Assembly (NCBI RefSeq): GCF_009914755.1
Contig: NC_060933.1
Length of the DNA: 64,000 nucleotides
From: the human T2T-CHM13v2.0 reference genome, Homo sapiens
Direction: 5' to 3' (one strand)
Shown: one piece after another, positions 61,286 through 64,000 of the stretch
Layout of the letters: every line of letters starts with the position of its first letter
Numbering within the stretch: the first letter of the stretch is position 1
Made by a program: the position numbers and the translations under genes
Notes under the pieces: generated by a model
What the model was told of the DNA's origin: nothing
Databases searched by the model: none
The model's input: only the letters and a program-made list of their open reading frames with translations

Positions 61286-64000
61286 AAAAATAAGAAAGTT
61301 TAGGAAAGAAAGGAAGAAAGAAAGAGAGGAGGGAGGAAAAGGAAACTAATTCTCTCCTCCTTATTTTTCCAGATAATGCTAAAGCTCATTTCAACCAGCA
61401 AGTGCTGAGTTTATTGATCAACATTTCAGAGGTATTGAACTGAGTTTGTATTGACAGAAATAACTGGCAACCAGGCAGGGGGAGCGAGAAATGTGCTGAC
61501 AGTCAGCAAATCATACGCCTGGTATTGGAGAGCCTGTCTATGCCAAAGGGGACAATCATTAATTTCCTATTCCTTCATAGTTACATTCCTTGGGTTGACT
61601 GACAAGTTCATTTTGGGGATTCATCTGGCCATTTATAAATAAACTCCTTTCTTATTCCATATTCCTAACTGCACCTGCCACACAGATGATCGGCTGCCTG
61701 GCACTCACATAAAAATTTCAAATTGCTAGCAATAGCTCAACATGGTAGTTAAAGGAAATCTTCTGGTTATTTTATGTTATAATCAAGAGAACCCATTTCC
61801 CCACCATTGTAGATATCTCAGGTCCATGCACAAAACCCAAGTGAATTTCATTCTTTGCCCCCTAACCACGTTTAAATAAATGACATCCAAGTACATAGCT
61901 GTAAAATGATCTTTTGACACTTAAGCTTTCGAAAGTCCCCTGTCAAAGCTGTGTGACTCTGAGTAAGTCACTGAATCTCTCTGAGCTTGTTTTCTTGTTT
62001 GAAAGATGAAAATGTATTCATGGCACTGCTGATAAGGTCGACAAGGTAACAGAAGTTAGCATGTTTAAAGCTCCCCAGGGTGGAAAGAAGCTTCTAATAT
62101 TATCTCATTCAGCTCCAAGAAGAGAAGTGACCTGTTCCAGGCTGGTAAGTGGCAGGGGGGTGGAGCGGGGGTATATGAACTCAGCACCGCCTGAGGCAGC
62201 TGCTCACAGAAAGAAAATGTATCATTGATCTTATTGGTGATTTTACTCCTATGCTTGGTCTGAAATTCCATTTGGTCTCAGCGGCCTCAAGGTTAGCATA
62301 GGAAGAATTAAGCTCTCTGTTAGGCTTCACATCAACAAGGCAATTCTAGTTCATCTAGAAGTAATTCCAGGGCCTCCAGGAGTCATCAAAGCAAAAGTTC
62401 TTAGAGCCCAAATGCCTGGTGCTGATGTATCTAATGTATTCATTGTTCAGTGTATTTTGCTAGCAGTAGCCAGATGTACCTTGATATTTGCATTAGTATA
62501 CAATTTCTCTTAAAGACTGTTTATATTTTAAAAGGTTTTGAGTAGTGCTAACTATTAACTTGGGCAGGAAAAATTCTCTGCTGAAAGAAAATCGGGCATA
62601 TGTGGTGGAGCTTTCAGGCTAAAGCAGAAGATATTTCGCTTTTGTTTACTCAACAGATATTTTCTGAATACCTGCCTGGGTTTGTGTTTGGTGGTATTCT
62701 GTCACTGTTGCTCTTTTTCAGCTTTCATTAGAGTGAGGAAGATGAACACTAATTGGATCATATGTTTATCAAGTGTTTACTATGTGTCAAGCAGTGAGCT
62801 AGGCACTTAGCATATGCTAGTTATCTTAGCCCAACTGTGTAAAGCAGCAACTACGTTACCCCCACTTTATAGATGAGGAAATGGGGGCCTAAAGAAGCAC
62901 ATGGGTGTGCACAAAGTCCCATCGCTGGGAGTATAGGGTCAGAATACAGATGCAGGCAGGCTCTATGACAATGGGCTTTGATGAGTCAGAGTCACTTGAT
63001 GAACTTAACATTTGGCCTCTAGTCCACGAAGTGAGTTGATTTCTGCTGAGTGATGGGCACTTGGTCATCCATTTTACTATCTTTCCACTTTCTTTTATGT
63101 TTGACATGTTCCATGATAAAAATTACATATATGTTTTTAAAGTACAGTCTCTGGAGCTAGACTGCAAAATAGGAATAACAATACCATCATCCTTATGGGA
63201 TTGTTGTGAGGATGAAATGAATTGATACAAACAAAGCATTTAGAGCTGATTGCATTGGAAATATTCAAGGTATATAAGCTATTACCTACTATAACTGCTA
63301 AGATGGAAAAGCCTGTAGTGTTTAGCATATATAGCAAGTCCCCTGCATGAGGTCCTGAATATGACAGACTACTGCACATTTTCCTAAAATTTTAAGTTAT
63401 CTGATATGCCTGAATACATAAACTTTGCTTAGAAATATAAGTGAACCAGTCTCATATCTAATTATAGTATTTCATTTACTACTTTAGTAATAGTGATATC
63501 TATATAATATTTAAAATCACTTATTTATAATAAATAAATTTAGAAATACTGTTCTTGCTCACTCTTTTGTTTCAGTAAAACTACTTTATCGCAATTCTTC
63601 ACATATAATTCTTGATTCAGTCTAACGTCTCTTTCTCAAGCAGTTGCTATTTAAAATAAATTAGTTGAGAAAGTAACCTTCATGTGTGAGAAAGTCATGC
63701 CCAAATTGACAGAGTCTTAGCTTAGGAACGGTTTTAAGGTGTAGATGCCAGTCTTATATACCAGCATTTACAGTACTGTGGTTTGAGGGCTGATGAATTG
63801 TTGACCTGGCTGGTGAGAGTGGGTGGGGTGGCTGGGAGCTGGTTGCTGGAAGCTCTGAGAATGAAGAGGTGAGAGCAAAAGAGAGAAGGCAGATGAAGCC
63901 AAGCTGGTCCCGGTCAGATTGCACTGACTTTTAATCTATTTTTTTTTTCATTATAAAAGTAATACATTGCTGCTGGAAGGCATTTGGACAACATCGAAAA

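Overview
Hominid (most likely human) genomic DNA, almost all intronic. The only supportable coding feature is one 151-nt internal exon of ASTN2 (astrotactin-2) on the minus strand (34948-35098), with canonical AG/GT boundaries, encoding the start of an EGF-like module. The rest is mostly interspersed repeats: L1, L2, MIR, Alu, MaLR/ERV solo LTRs, a near full-length Tigger1, hAT elements and one SVA. The other ORFs in the supplied track are repeat-derived or chance ORFs. I found no evidence for a new gene system. Two structures stand out. (1) An SVA inserted into the linker of an AluJ carries a ~500-bp 3' transduction, and a shared ~20-bp TSD brackets the whole 2.4-kb cassette. (2) A repair scar at ~55.87-56.03 kb consists of two snap-back hairpins plus a 102-bp templated copy of an Alu end 995 bp downstream. 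A few motif-dense unique segments are candidate regulatory elements. Repeat subfamily calls come from recalled consensus sequences; boundaries are approximate unless a TSD is quoted.
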